From assembly GCA_025201805.1 (NCBI GenBank), contig MU619301.1:98681-162680 (forward strand): 64,000 nt of DNA. Direction: 5' to 3'. The notes beneath the pieces are model-generated. The model saw only the letters and a program-made list of their open reading frames with translations. It ran no database searches and was not told the DNA's origin. Source of the stretch: Parasitella parasitica NRRL 2501 (Eukaryota; Fungi; Mucoromycota). Within the stretch, counting starts at the first letter, position 1. Each line of letters starts with the position of its first letter. Position numbers and translations under genes: made by a program. Positions 26,392-39,688 of this stretch are shown piece by piece.

Positions 26392-26622
26392 GTATACGTA
26401 AAGAAAGAAAAAGATCAAAGAAAAAAAGTGTGGGGTAAAAGGAAAAAGAACAAGAATACTAGACAATGTGATTGGAGTTTGATTTTAACAATACCATCCA
26501 TCATAAGGCTTCATTCATATTTTTTAGGAGAAGATCAGCCATGTTTCATCATTCAAATACCTCTTTCGCTTTTTTTTTTTTATATATATATATTTTTTTT
26601 TACATAAACAATTTCATAAATT

Positions 26623-27392
26623 ATGACTATGGGACATGAAGGGCATGCCCTTGCTTCAATATCCCTGACACATGTTTATTTTAATCCATCAGATAAAATA
26701 TCATATGCTTTTGCGTATATTACTTTGGCTCCAATTGCCATTCTTGTGTTCTATGCGTCTGTTATCGTATCGCGACGAGAAATAGCCGGTATTTTGATAC
26801 TGTCAGGGCAATTGATGAACGAGGCTTTCAACTATGTGCTAAAACAACACATTGAGCAAGATAGACCACATGGTAACCATAGCAACACCCGTTTACAATT
26901 ATCCTAGCAACTAAACCACTGTATGATTAGCACATTTGGGAGATGGTTATGGTATGCCGTCCAGCCATTCACAGTTTATCTGGTACTTTGCTGTCTATGG
27001 CTCCTTATACATGTATCGCTACATTCACCTGGATCATGGAATATGGAAAATATTAACAAGTATCGCTATGTTTACTCTTGCAGCATTGGTGTCAGGCTCT
27101 CGGTAGGTTGTGATCAAGGAAGAGTTGGGTTTTATGCTGATGTTTTACCATCAGAATCTACCTCGGCTATCACACTCTGCATCAAGTGATTGTCGGATCT
27201 TTGGTTGGTATCGCTTTTGGATGTGTGTGGTATGCTTTTGTAAATTTACTACACGAAACCAGCTTTGTCGATTGGGTTTTGAATACTTGGATCGCTCGCA
27301 AATTGTATTTACGAGATATGAGCAGTATAGAAAATTTAGCTCGTTGGGATTATGAGCAATGGATACAATTACGCAAAAAGAAGCAAAGATAA
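26623..27392 (+). CDS. CWH8: Dolichyl pyrophosphate phosphatase (PAP2 family; Cwh8/Cax4/DOLPP1)
   Basis: SISLTHVYF, GQLMNEAFNYVLKQHIEQDRP, GYGMPSSHSQF, SRIYLGYHT..QVIVG (PAP2 C1-C3 motifs). Two introns. Confidence 0.92.
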
Positions 27393-28154
27393 ACATGAAA
27401 AGCCTAGATGAAAGACAATAAAAGAACTAGCCATGTAGCTGGAAGCCACCAACCACTATCTATACCATACTGTAAACACTGACAATTTGAAAATCTTTTG
27501 TTCTGCTTACATGCAGCATATTTCCAGAGGATAAAACAATAAAATCATTCTAGAGATTCATTGTATATGAAAAGAACTAGTTGGATTAAGAAAAGCTTAT
27601 TTATGGTGCTAGCTGCTTTGAACTCTGCAGCCATCATCATACTACGGTAGAACTGCTCACATCAAAGCAAATTGATTCCTCCAGAACACTGAAACAAAAT
27701 TGGGAGAAAATATGGAATCCACAATTGATCAATCTTTGTGGGCAACATTATAACAAATAACTTTCTGATTTTTAATGGAACGAAAGATACGAGAGATATG
27801 AAAGAAATTTGGATTCCATGACAAATCATTAAACATCATGTCATGTCAAACAACAAGTGTTTGTGACTATTCTGACATTTGAAAAAAAAAAAAAAAAAAG
27901 AAAAAAAAAAACATGCGCATTAAATGAAGGATTTTCGTCTCTTTTTCTTTTCTTCTTCACCCTAATTACTAATTATTTGTATTTTTATTTGTATTTATAT
28001 GAACTGTATTTTTATCATTTCATCTTTATATACGCGTTAGATTTTTTCATTCTCACTACTTTCCTCCATAGCAACCTGATCGACTTGCCAATAGGGTAAC
28101 AAAATAAGCAAAGTTTGACATGTCAAATTTCTAAATTACTTGTTCTAGACATAC

Positions 28155-28189
<35 letters not shown>

Positions 28190-28204
28190 AACAAAAGAGA
28201 GAAA

Positions 28205-29347
28205 ATGGATAATAATGATGCAAATCTCAAAGAAGCTTCAAAGCCTTCGATATTTGATGATCCTGTCAATTTGTTCAATTTTAGTCAAATCCAGCCTTCT
28301 TCTTCTGTATCTTATGCAAAAATGATCCAAGCTTCTCATTCTGTTCCCGGCTCCAGAAGGAATTCCAACGACGACCATGCTTTGGATCTTTTGTTGGGCA
28401 CTAAACTATCATTGAATGATCGAGAGTCTGGGTAGGTATTTTTTTTAATGGGCTATATCCGTTTGATTTGACACAACCGTCAGTTTTAGTAGGAAATTGC
28501 CTTTTGCCATGACTCCTCAGGAGCCAATCGGTGCATTTATGCAAAAGCAAAGATCTTTGGAAGAATCGGAAAGTAATAATCAACGCTATATGTCATTCTC
28601 TATATCGCCTTTAATTCACACATTCACAGTCCCTTTATTCAATCCTCTTTCAGCCAAAGCAAAGGAATCTCCAAACCGGCACTATGCCTCTGTTGAGCCC
28701 AATGCCTCTGTAGCCTCAGTACCTTCGATGGATGATGATTATTCTGGATTGGTAAGATTTATCATCCGCTGAGGAATATGTAATATTAAAACTTGCCATC
28801 ATGCTAGTTTACTATGACGAATTTGGATAACAAGCCAACAACTGGTAATCTAGCTGCCGCTCCTTCAAATCAACCACTGCCCACCATTTCGCCTCATCCT
28901 GCGCCATCATGGATTCCGCCCATGATGATGACTTCCACAAACAATGATCAAATGGACCAGAACAGACGCTATTCTTATGGTTGGCACACTAGCAAAACAC
29001 CAAACCAACAACCTTCGCAAGAGCCAATCCACCTAATGCCACCTCATTCTCACAATGACCTCGCTAGCATGAATTTTCATCGTGAAGTCCTGTGCCCTCA
29101 GTTTCAACAATTTGGCTTTTGTACTCGTCATACCACGTGCCCTTTTCTACATAGTGCTTTTATGCCAATGCAGCAATCCATCGTCCCTCCACCGCCTCCG
29201 TCTAAAGGCTCATTATATCAGCACTACACTATGAACCCTACTCCTTTACCTGCTCTTCAGAAGCAGCCTTTTTATCCCAAAAAAAGATCCTTTGAGAACT
29301 CCAGAAAATCCGACCGCCATCAACAACAGCAGCAACAACAGCAGCAA

Positions 29348-29379
<32 letters not shown>

Positions 29380-30781
29380 AGATCGATTCACAGATGCAAA
29401 CATTGAAGATTTTACAGGAAAATTGTATGACATCTGCAAAGACCAAAATGGCTGCCGTTTCTTGCAAAAGAAGATCGAAGAAAAGGACGATGGTGAAAAG
29501 AACATGGAGATTGTGTTTGGCGAAATTCATACACACTTTACAGAGCTCATGACAGGTACAGTTTTTGTGTGTCTAATTTTTTTNNNNNNNNNNNNNNNNN
29601 NNNNNNNNNNNNNNNNNNNNNNNNNNNNNNNNNNNNNNNNNNNNNNNNNNNNNNNNNNNNNNNNNNNNNNNNNNNNNNNNNNNNNNNNNNNNNGCTTTTT
29701 GCAGATCCTTTTGGCAATTACCTCTGTCAAAAAATGCTCGAAAAGTGCACCCATGAGCAACGCACCACCATTGTGGCAACCGTCGCTCCCGAATTGATCA
29801 AAATTGCTTTAAATATGCATGGAACAAGAGCCGCCCAAAAGCTGATTGAATTCTTGTCGACTCCTGAGCAGATCAAAGCCGTCATTGATGCTCTCGCTCC
29901 TAATGTAGTTCGAATGATTAAGGATCTGAACGGCAACCATGTCATCCAGAAATGTCTCTATCGTTTGTCACCTGAAAATAACCAGTTTATCTACGACGCC
30001 GTGTGTGATCATTGCGTTGAAGTTGCTTCTCACAAGCACGGATGTTGTGTATTGCAACGGTGCTTCGACCATGCCACTGATGCTCAAAAGGTAAACTTTT
30101 CCGAGAAAATAAATCGATTAATATCTTACTTCTTCTTCTACCAAACAGGATCAATTAGTTGAGGAGGTTGCTAAACATGCCCTTCCTTTGGTACAAAATC
30201 CTTTTGGTAACTACGTGGTTCAATACGTTTTGGAACTGGGTGTTGCTCGTTACTCGGAAAGTGTCATTAGACAATTTGTAAATCATGTCTGTGTTTTGTC
30301 TGTGCAAAAGTTTAGTTCGAATGTGATTGAAAACGTAAGCTTTTTGTTTGTTATTTGAGCATTCATAATGCTAATGCCTGTTTTATTTTATAGTGTATTC
30401 GTACTGCTCAACCCTCTACGCGACGGTTATTGATTGCTGAGCTTGTCGACCAAGCCGCCATGGAAAAGCTGCTGCATGATTCTTTTGCAAATTATGTAGT
30501 TCAAACGTCGTTGGATTTTGCAGATCAAGATCAGCGAGTAGAGGTAGTGTTTTTGTACTTTTTTTAGTTTTTTGTCGTTTGAGAGCACTATCTAATGCAA
30601 TGCTTAGCTGGTCGAATGCATTCGTCCATTACTCCCTACTATTCGTACAACGCCTTACGGTAAGCGTATCCACAGCAAAATCTTTCGTGACACAAAGTCA
30701 AATGCAAGTAACCGACACTCAAAGCACGACGGCTTCAGTTATCATTTGCCTGTTGAAGGCGATCATTCTCAATATCAGTAG
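28205..30781 (+). CDS. Pumilio (PUF) RNA-binding protein, Puf4/Mpt5-like, with CCCH zinc finger and polyQ
   Basis: Puf repeats CKDQNGCRFLQKK, DPFGNYLCQK, NMHGTRAAQK, DLNGNHVIQK, HKHGCCVLQR, NPFGNYVVQ, KFSSNVIE, DSFANYVVQ, TPYGKRI. Finger CPQFQQFGFCTRHTTCPFLH (C-x8-C-x5-C-x3-H). Confidence 0.93.
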
Positions 30782-31151
30782 ATAATTGTAAATTTATTTC
30801 TGTAACACTAATTATAAAGATATCATTGTTTTACATGTGCAACACTTTTACAGAGTTCATGGTGGCGCTACCTGTCAGTTTTAATCTATATTAAGCAACC
30901 GAAACAGCGCTCATGTGGTGAGGAAATCAACGATTGTGCAATTAAGAATCGTAAAGCCTATGAATCGTACCAGATGACACCATATTATCTTTTATCGAAT
31001 TTGAAAAATCGCATTTTGGTTGCCATATCAACAAAAATGTGATCAACCCGAAATTTGTTCAACTTTTTGCAAAGATTGAGGGGTCCGATTACATTGGATT
31101 AGTTCCTGGAATACCAAAAATTCTTTGGGAAAGAGAATGAATTACTAGAGG

Positions 31152-31183
<32 letters not shown>

Positions 31184-31219
31184 CAACAAAAACAAGCAGA
31201 ATCATCATTCTTTTCAACA

Positions 31220-32696
31220 ATGAATGACACAAAACTAGCCTCCAATTTGTCTGATTTTCAGAAAAAAAAACTAGAAAAAGAAGATCACTCATCATCAACC
31301 ATTATGGAAGACGATGTTGAGAAATATGTCATTGACATGTCTGTTGAGGAGCCTCCAAATGGAGGTTCAGCCGCCTGGTTGGTTGTATTTGGCGGTTTCT
31401 GTGTAAGTGTATACATATACTTGTATGCTGATACGGTTTGATTGATTTTTTTTTAATTACTGTCATTTTAATGTGCAGGGCATGGTTGCAATGTAAGTCT
31501 AAAACTGCTGCAACTGTCAAACCACAATTTATTAAGAATTTTTTGTTAGCTATGGTGTTAATTATACTTGGGGCGTATTCCTTAATTACTACAACGAGAA
31601 TGTATTTCCTGGTCAAATGAACCAACTTTCGTGGATTGGATCTATTTGTGTCGCCTTGTTTTTCATCATTGGTCCCATCAATGAATGGGTCACTTGTAAG
31701 CTTGGGTATACAAAAATGTTGGTTATTGGTACCATCATGTGTCCATTAGGTCTTATGCTGGCTAGCATCAGTTACGAAATCTGGCATTTGTACTTGACTC
31801 AAGGCGTCATGTTTGGCATTGGCGCTTCTTTCATCTTTTTCCCTTGTATAGCAGCTCCACAGCAATGGTTTACGTCTCGTAGAGGGTTGGCTGTAGGCTA
31901 CTGTATGTGTGGTTCCGGTATAGGTGGTTTGATTGTTTCAAACATTGTACAGGCTGCAATTGTTCACCTGGATTATCGTTGGGCATTGCGAATTGCGGGT
32001 TTTGTCTGTTTTGGCTTCTGCCTCATTGCTGTGTTTTTGGTCAAACTTCCCAAGGCTGCAAAGACTGAACAAGAGTCTTTTGCCGAATTATTCAAAAAGC
32101 AAAAGAAATTGGTCAAGAACGTTCAATTCCAAATCATGCTTTTGGTTGGTCTCATTACATGTTTCGGTTACCTTACTCCTGCCTTCTATTTGGCTTCGTA
32201 TGCCGAATTCCTTGGCCTGGACCCTTGGATCGGTGCTAACCTTGGTGCCATCATGAGTGCTGTTAATGCTGTTGCTATGCTTTCTACTGGCTGGTTAAGT
32301 GATCGCATAGGCCGTATTAATGGCCTGTTTGTATGTACTTTTCTGTCTGGTGTCTTTACCTTGACCATTTGGACCACTGCAAAGTCATCTGCTGCTATTT
32401 GGGTGTATGTCGTTCTCTATGGTTATTTCGGCGGTGGTTATCTCACGTTGAATGGCGCTTCTCTTCCTGAAGTCGCTGGCTATGATAATATTACCGCTGC
32501 TAATGGTCTTTTGTACTTTACTAGTACTTTTGGGTACATGTTTGGAACCCCAATTACGTCTGCTATTATTTCTACTGGCGAAGATGGCTATGTTTATGCA
32601 GCGGTGTATTGTGGTATTCTCATGTCTGTAGGAGGTCTACTCTGCTGGATGCTTCGTGTCACTAGATCCGGTTGGAGCCCACTTGTCAAGGCCTAA
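31220..32696 (+). CDS. MFS transporter, monocarboxylate porter (Mch) family
   Basis: PPNGGSAAWLVVFGGF, QLSWIGS, QWFTSRRGLAVG, GWLSDRIGRIN. 14-nt micro-exon at 31479-31492. Confidence 0.92.
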
Positions 32697-33527
32697 AAAC
32701 GGTTTGACAGCTTGTATATAGTGCATATTTAATATCTTGCCATGTTTTGTTTTTCCTTCTCTCTATTGTTTTTCCTGTATAAGTAGTTTATTCAGCACAA
32801 TAATAATACATTTACTTGAATGCATGTGTCAATATTGGGCTGTTCTAACGTAATTGTCAAGCTGAAAAAAGTGAGAAATGATGTTGGATCTTTTTTTCAT
32901 AAAAAAACAAAGATTCTTTGGTTGACACTATGTTTCGTGAGACAGCCTGCTACAGACGTGAGCAGTGCACTCCCCGTTGAAACGAAGGTCGTGAAGGTCG
33001 TGAAGGCCGACCTTTTTTCACCATAGTTCTGTGGGTAGAGACGGCTCGTTAATTTTCGAATTGAGTAGATATTATATGTTCATTTTGTGGAGGAGAGGGC
33101 CACAAGAAGGTTAACCCATAGACGTCTTAACATCTTGATGTCATTACATCTTTATGAAACATGATTATAGCCTACTACCAGCCAAAAATTTGGATAAATA
33201 GTATTCAACATCCAGATTCGAAATTGAAAAATAATACAACCTGAGCATATACGATGTATTGGTGAATAACCATCAGATTTATCTAAATATACTTGAGCTA
33301 GTGCCTAAATATATAATATGGTTTGCTTCTTTAATTGAAGTAAGCTATTCAAATGCAGTGGCAGCCAAATCAAGTAAAAAATATAAGTGTTGCACCTGTC
33401 TTTATTTTTTTTATGCGCAGAGAAGTACGAAAATTGCGACTTGTTTGGTTGTAAAAAAAAATCAAAATAGACTAACCTCCTCGATACAATGATATCAATG
33501 AAACTGTCTATTTTGTATCGTCCATCT

Positions 33528-35407
33528 CTAGCGGTCGTTATAATCATTTAATATTAAATCAGATGCCTTTTCTGCGCTGGCAATGACTGGGAAACAAATT
33601 TGGCCTGCTGGTACAATCGGAAAGAAAGAAGCATCAACAACTCGAAGATTACAAATACCATGAACTTTTAGATTTCCATCCACAACGGCCTCTCTATCTG
33701 ACGCTGGTCCCATCTAAATACATATAATTTTTTTTTTTTTTTGTAAGTACCATAGGAGAAATGACATAAAGATGATAAATGCAGTAGCTATGATTACTTG
33801 CCTTGCAAGTGCCTGCATAATGGTGCAACGTATCGACATGCTGTCTGATGTATTGCTTGATGTCTTGTTTTTCATTCTTATGATATGGGTGCAGAATCCA
33901 GTGTTTGACACAGTTGCTTTTATATTCTTGGTCATCAGCAATTTGCATGGACAGCTGTAGTCCTTTCTCGAGACATTCCAAATCTCGCTCATCCTGCAAT
34001 AAGCCAAGATCAATATTGGCTGTCTTGTCTGGATTCAAGGTGACAGAGCCTCTTGAAAATGGAGCAAGGTAAACCATTAAAAGGGTTGCACAGTCGACAT
34101 GTTTCAGGTTGGGTAGTTCTCTGCACAAAGCTAAACCGCCAGTAAACAGCTCAATTTGAGGAGTATTTTGAAGACTGCTGCTGTTATCGGGTGCATTCTT
34201 GATACATCGAAACATGTCCCGTTAGCTAAAGGTCATCATAGCATTCCAAAGAACTTACTGGAACTTTCAAGTAGGCCACAGCATCTGGCCATGCTCTTGA
34301 CAAGGCACTTGGCTCCTTCAAAACTGTGATGCGCTCAAGTGATGCCTTTTCGTTTTCAAAGATACTCTGATGAAGTGACATTTCAGACTGTGTTGTTTCG
34401 TGAACAAGAGGGACCCGCCAATGGTTTTGAAGATTCTTACCCACTCCAGGTAAATCAACTATCGTTTGGATGTCTAAAGTGTCAAGCTGGGCTTTGGGGC
34501 CCACCCCACTAGATAGCAATAACAGAGGCGACAAGATCGCGCCTGCCGACAAGATTGCTTCTCTACCCACGGAAGCTCTGTATCGCTTATCCTCGCTGCT
34601 AGTCATATACTCGACATGTGTCACCGTATTAGTGCCTTTATCAATTATGATGTTTGTCACGGTGCAATTCAAAGCAATAAACAGATTCGGTCTATTGCGC
34701 TGAACATCAGGAGGTAGATAAGCAGATCCGGCAGACGTTCGCTCGCCCTTGTAAACAGTTGATTGGATGCCTGTTACGCCTATCTGGCAGGGCAGGTCCG
34801 TCATATCATGGTATGCAGGAATCCCATGATTTTCAGATGCCTTTGTAAAGTGCCGTCCCAACAGTGAATCGTCGCTCTGCTGCATTACGTTTAAAGGACC
34901 AGAGTAACCATGTGATGCGTGTACATCGACTGAATCTTGAAATGTCTCGGCTTTACAAAAGTAATGCTTTAACTTGTCGTATTCCCAGCCAGGCATGTGC
35001 CAGGCATCGTAATCGCACGGTGAGCATCGATGTGATAAGCAGGCGTTGATGGCGCTGGAGCCACCAAGGATCTTTCCCTGAGGCACGCCGATGTTTCTAC
35101 CGTCTGCGTGTGTTTGTGCGCCCGATTGCAATTTCCAGTCTGCGTTGGTGTTCTTTAACTTACTATTGAACAGGGGGATTCTGACATTGAGCACTTCCTC
35201 TTGAGTATCGGAGCCTGCTTCGAGAACTAGAACTGTGTGTTTACCGCTCGATGATAAACGATTTGCAAGAACACAGCCAGCCGTTCCACCTATAAAATAC
35301 AGAATATTGGTCTATAGACCAAATAATTGGCTAGTTGTCTTATTACCACCAATAATAACGAAATCGAATTGACCCCGGCTAGCCTCGTTTGGCTCAAGTC
35401 GTGGCAT
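33528..35407 (-). CDS. GMC oxidoreductase (AA3-like flavoprotein), no signal peptide
   Basis: [68 protein letters not shown]. Three introns, one GC-AG (33714-33801). Confidence 0.93.
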
Positions 35408-36857
35408 TTCTGCGTTAGAGAGATTGATAAGATGAAGGGCAAATGTTATTTTACAACAGTGTAGAAAATATACGACCGGGGATTTGTGTCACTAATGCAC
35501 CGAGTATTGCTGGGAGAAACTACGTGCACTGTAGAACCCAGAATAATATTTTAAAGGCCTTATTTTAAAATGAAAGTTAGATAAAAAGCACGTATCAAAG
35601 GCTAAAGGCTGAAGGTTACATCAAGCTCTCGGCAATCATAGGTGATTACATCGAAGGATTGTGAAAGAGAATTGCACAAGAGGATTCCCAAGAAGTTGCT
35701 GAGACTTGAAGCTCTTCAAAGCCTTCTGGGTGATTCCAATAAAAACAGTTAGCAATGCAGAGATCAACAGCGTCAAAGAGGCTAAAAAAGGGATGGGTAT
35801 TCAAGGCAGAAAAGATTTGAGTTGTATTATAAGCATTTTGTGAGTGTCTAAAGAAGGTCTATTATGAAGCTTTTACAAGGAACATTTGTTGGCAATTGTA
35901 TGCAACCCCCTCCCCCAGCATCTGTCACAGGATGCTCGCAGAGAAGTATTAAAACACGCATGAGTCAGTTGAGAAGCTATAGCTCTGGTCTTGTTTTGAA
36001 GTTTGACAAATTTGTTTGCCATGCTTTCAACCAACACAAGAGTTATTGCAGTCTGATACCGTAACACGCTTTAACTGGTTTTCTCAAAATGTGTCAGCCG
36101 ACAACCAACCACTGTTTTGAAACAAGGGCTAATAATTCAAATAAGCAAAGTAGATGTCAAATTGGCATTTTCTGTGAGTACCTGCTCTAGTATATTTCTT
36201 AAATATTGGTATCCGCCTGTACTGTTTCTCAGCCCCGGAAACACTAATGTGCTATATACGTATGTTTTGCGTTGTCGAACGGGTTTCCGGCGGGTATATC
36301 AGCCCAGGCAAATATTTTGACAGATGTAGTATATTTGCTAGACTTCAACAATCTCTGCATTTCAACAAAGGTCAAATCTAATGTGACTTGAGCAAAAATT
36401 TCTGATGTTAAACAACATAGCAATCTTTGATCACGCCTGTCTCTGTTGCATGATTCCCACGACAAAAACCTAAAATGCTTACAAACAAAGTGGCAAAAGG
36501 GCCTTGTTAACATTGGGGAGAAGCGTGGTAAAAAAAAATGTCGTTGGCGGTGGAGTCTACTCGCCAAGCGTAATGACATTTGATGATACCCTTTACTTGA
36601 CACGAACAGGAATAGGCCATGAATGAGCACCGTTCGTGCAAAATTTCTCATGGAGCCTCCTTAAGATGGGAGGCTTCGTGAGAAAATCAAGCTGTTCATA
36701 CGACACAGTATTCGTGTACGATTTACGCTGATATGATACATTGGGGGCGGTATTCTGGATGGCGGTATTCTGTATTATAAGATACATATAAGCAAACGAG
36801 AAACTGAACCAAATTTCTCTCAACCAACAACATTGCAATACCAGTCTATCCATCAAT

Positions 36858-37585
36858 ATGTATGCCCTGAAGAATATCAAGCCCTCTACTCTTTTCAGAT
36901 CCGTTAAGCCTGCACTCAGTGGCTCTTGCTTGCAAGCATCCTCTTCCTACCTAGTCTCCAAGCAGCAAAGACTCTTCACTATGCTTACTGAGGCTCAAAA
37001 CAAGGACTCTGCGCAGCAAATGTTCTCTGTTGGTTGCGATAACGGCTTCCTTCCGCGCCAAGATCCCCTGGTTGAACTTCCTCAAGAGTTTAGCCGCTTG
37101 GAATCTATCTTGCAGCGTATGCCCACGCAGCTGTTGGATGGCACTCCTGGTCTTCTGGCAAGCGGGCAATTTGGCGACGCTGTAAGGGACGAGCTTCCCT
37201 TGTACGAAGTTGATGGCATTACTGATCAAAGGCTTTTATCAGGTATATATATCTATATTCACAATCTTTAAAAAAAACACGTCTAATAATAAAGAAAAGC
37301 CCTTTTCCGTGATTACACTTTTGCTGCTTCGGCCTATCTGCTTGAGCCCTGTGATATCCTTTATCGCGCCAAAAGCGATTACGGTTTGGGCAGAAAAGTG
37401 CTGCCAATGAACATCGCAGTGCCCTTGTGGAAGGTATCAAAGAAGATTCAGAGTCAACCTTTCATGGAATAGTAAGTGTACATGCATTTTTTGATCATGC
37501 ACACAAAGCTAATCTTACAACATGGTTTATAGTGCTTTGAGCTACGCGTAAGTGTTGTATAAAACATAGACATTAAGGACGTAAG

Positions 37586-37667
<82 letters not shown>

Positions 37668-38773
37668 GTACAATTACAAGAAAATCAACCCTTTGGGTGG
37701 CCTCACATACGACAATTTGGCTCTTATCCGTTCCTTTGCTGGTAGCGAATCCGAGTAAGTTGATAGGTTGCAAGTAGCCTGGCTGGCACCAGACATGTGT
37801 TAATCTCTTTAAACGTATGTAGGAAAGGATTCGTGTTGAATCACGTTACCATGGTTTCCTATTCTCCCAGACTTGTTCGTTATGCTGTTGGAGCTCTTGA
37901 AGCTGTTGAAAGGGACGATAGAGCTAAATTCGACATGCAAATGGCTGGTCTAAACGAAACCTACGAATCCATTAACAAGGAGATGGAAATGATGTGGTCT
38001 CGCAGCATGCCTGAAGACTACATCAAGTTCAGAACCTTTATCATGGGTACCAAAAACCAAGTAAGTCCTTTCACATATTATGTATCCAACTTGATGTTCA
38101 CTATTAAAACCGTAGCCAATGTTTCCTGACGGTGTAATTTATGAGGGTGTTAGCGACAAACCCATCGTACATCGAGGCGAGTCAGGTGCCAACGACTCCA
38201 TGGTCCCTCTGGGTGATAACCTTCTCCAAATTACCGAGCTCATGCCTGAGAATCCTTTAACCTCTGTTCTTCGTGATTTCAGATCCTATCGTCCGACTAA
38301 CCATCGCGAGTTCTTGGAGCACGTTCAAGACAAGGCTCAAAAGGTTGGTCTCAAGGAATACGCCATGCAAGACCCTAATTCAGCTGCTTTTTACTTGTCT
38401 AATGTTGATCAAATTCGTGCCTTCCGCCACAGACACTGGAACTTTACCAAGGAGTACATTATCAAGCACACTGCCCACCCAGTTGCTACAGGTGGATCTC
38501 CTATCGTAACCTGGTAAGATCCAAATCCAAATACGTAATAATATCAAGTACTTGTCAAGTAACTTTTCATATGCGAGTAGGCTGCCTAATCAGCTTGGGG
38601 CAGTTTTGGATTTGCTAAACAACATTAGCGATCAAATCGACAAGTCCAAATTGACTGAGAGCAACTTGATCCGTGTGGAAGAAATCAATAGGCGTGCTCA
38701 AGCTCAAAAGAGATTCCTTGATAGAGAGGTGGCTAGTTTGAAAACCAAATTCACCAACCAAGATCGTACTTGA
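36858..38773 (+). CDS. Indoleamine 2,3-dioxygenase (IDO-gamma-like) with N-terminal presequence
   Basis: NGFLPRQDPL, PFMEYALSYALYNY, FRTFIMGTKNQPMFPDGVIYEGV, RGESGANDS, FRHRHWNFTKEYII, ATGGSPIVTWLPNQL. Six introns, 15-nt micro-exon at 37533-37547. Confidence 0.9.
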
Positions 38774-39688
38774 TTAAATCGCTAATTTGAGACATATATC
38801 TGTCACTTGTGAGAGTGCCATTCATCAATAAAGGAGCCCGTATATATATATTTAATAGCAGTATGATTGCATTATGAAATTGGATGTTTATTAAAAATAG
38901 TCTAGAGTAGTTGCTCTTTAATACATAACAGATATAACAGTCTTGATCCGCCAACAACGGAATGGAAACAAAGGCAGAATCAATCACGTTGTTGAGCATC
39001 TTTCTTGGTTGCTACAATTTGTTCTGCTCAGAGTGCACCAAGTTGACACTTGCAATACAATAACAAGCTAAAATCATACAAACGCTCCGCCCTCTCCGCC
39101 CCCCTTAATTTTCATCAAATTAGATCAGTCAATGCATTTTTAATATAAATGAGAGTCTAGTTCCAATAATCGATCAAGAAGACGAAATGAATAAATGAGA
39201 ATGTTTATTAATTGTGTAAATACTTGCCGCATAAAGTCGCTACTCATTGCTCTTGTCAGTCGTCCCGTGCATTTACAGTCTTTCGGCCTATTTGCGACTT
39301 TGGTGTGTGACAGTACGATATCTTTAGTCCGCAGGATTAGGAGGTTCCAAGCTAGGAGCAAAGACTAATTTCGCTAGGTGAGAAGATTTTCTTACTGTCA
39401 ACGTCCAGTTTTAGAATAAAAGAGTGGCAAAAATGAGACCCTTGAAACCTATTTAATATTAAATGCAATTTAAATCTTTGAATTTTACACAAACATGGCA
39501 AGTTGACATTTGCTCACTAGTGATGCTCCTNNNNNNNNNNTTTCATACTGTGTGCTTGTAATTTCTATTACTAGAGACTATCATCCCTCTGTAGAAAGCT
39601 GTCCATGCCTCCCTTGTCTTTTACAAAACTCAAATGCTATAAAAAGCCCTACAGAATAAACACATGTTTGTTTTGTATATCATCAACG

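Noticed and set aside
32983-33008. (gaaggtcgt)x3 short repeat; similar short duplications at 36746-36772 and 63500-63524
   Set aside because: Too short, consistent with slippage; no spacer structure, so not CRISPR-like.
35600-36650. Protein-like ORFs between GMC and IDO (e.g. 36244-36651)
   Set aside because: No recognisable motif or coherent splice structure; may be decayed sequence but cannot be supported.
38771-38785. Stop-codon readthrough to a cryptic PTS1 (checked for IDO and quinone reductase)
   Set aside because: No TGA-CTA context, and the extensions do not end in SKL-like tripeptides.
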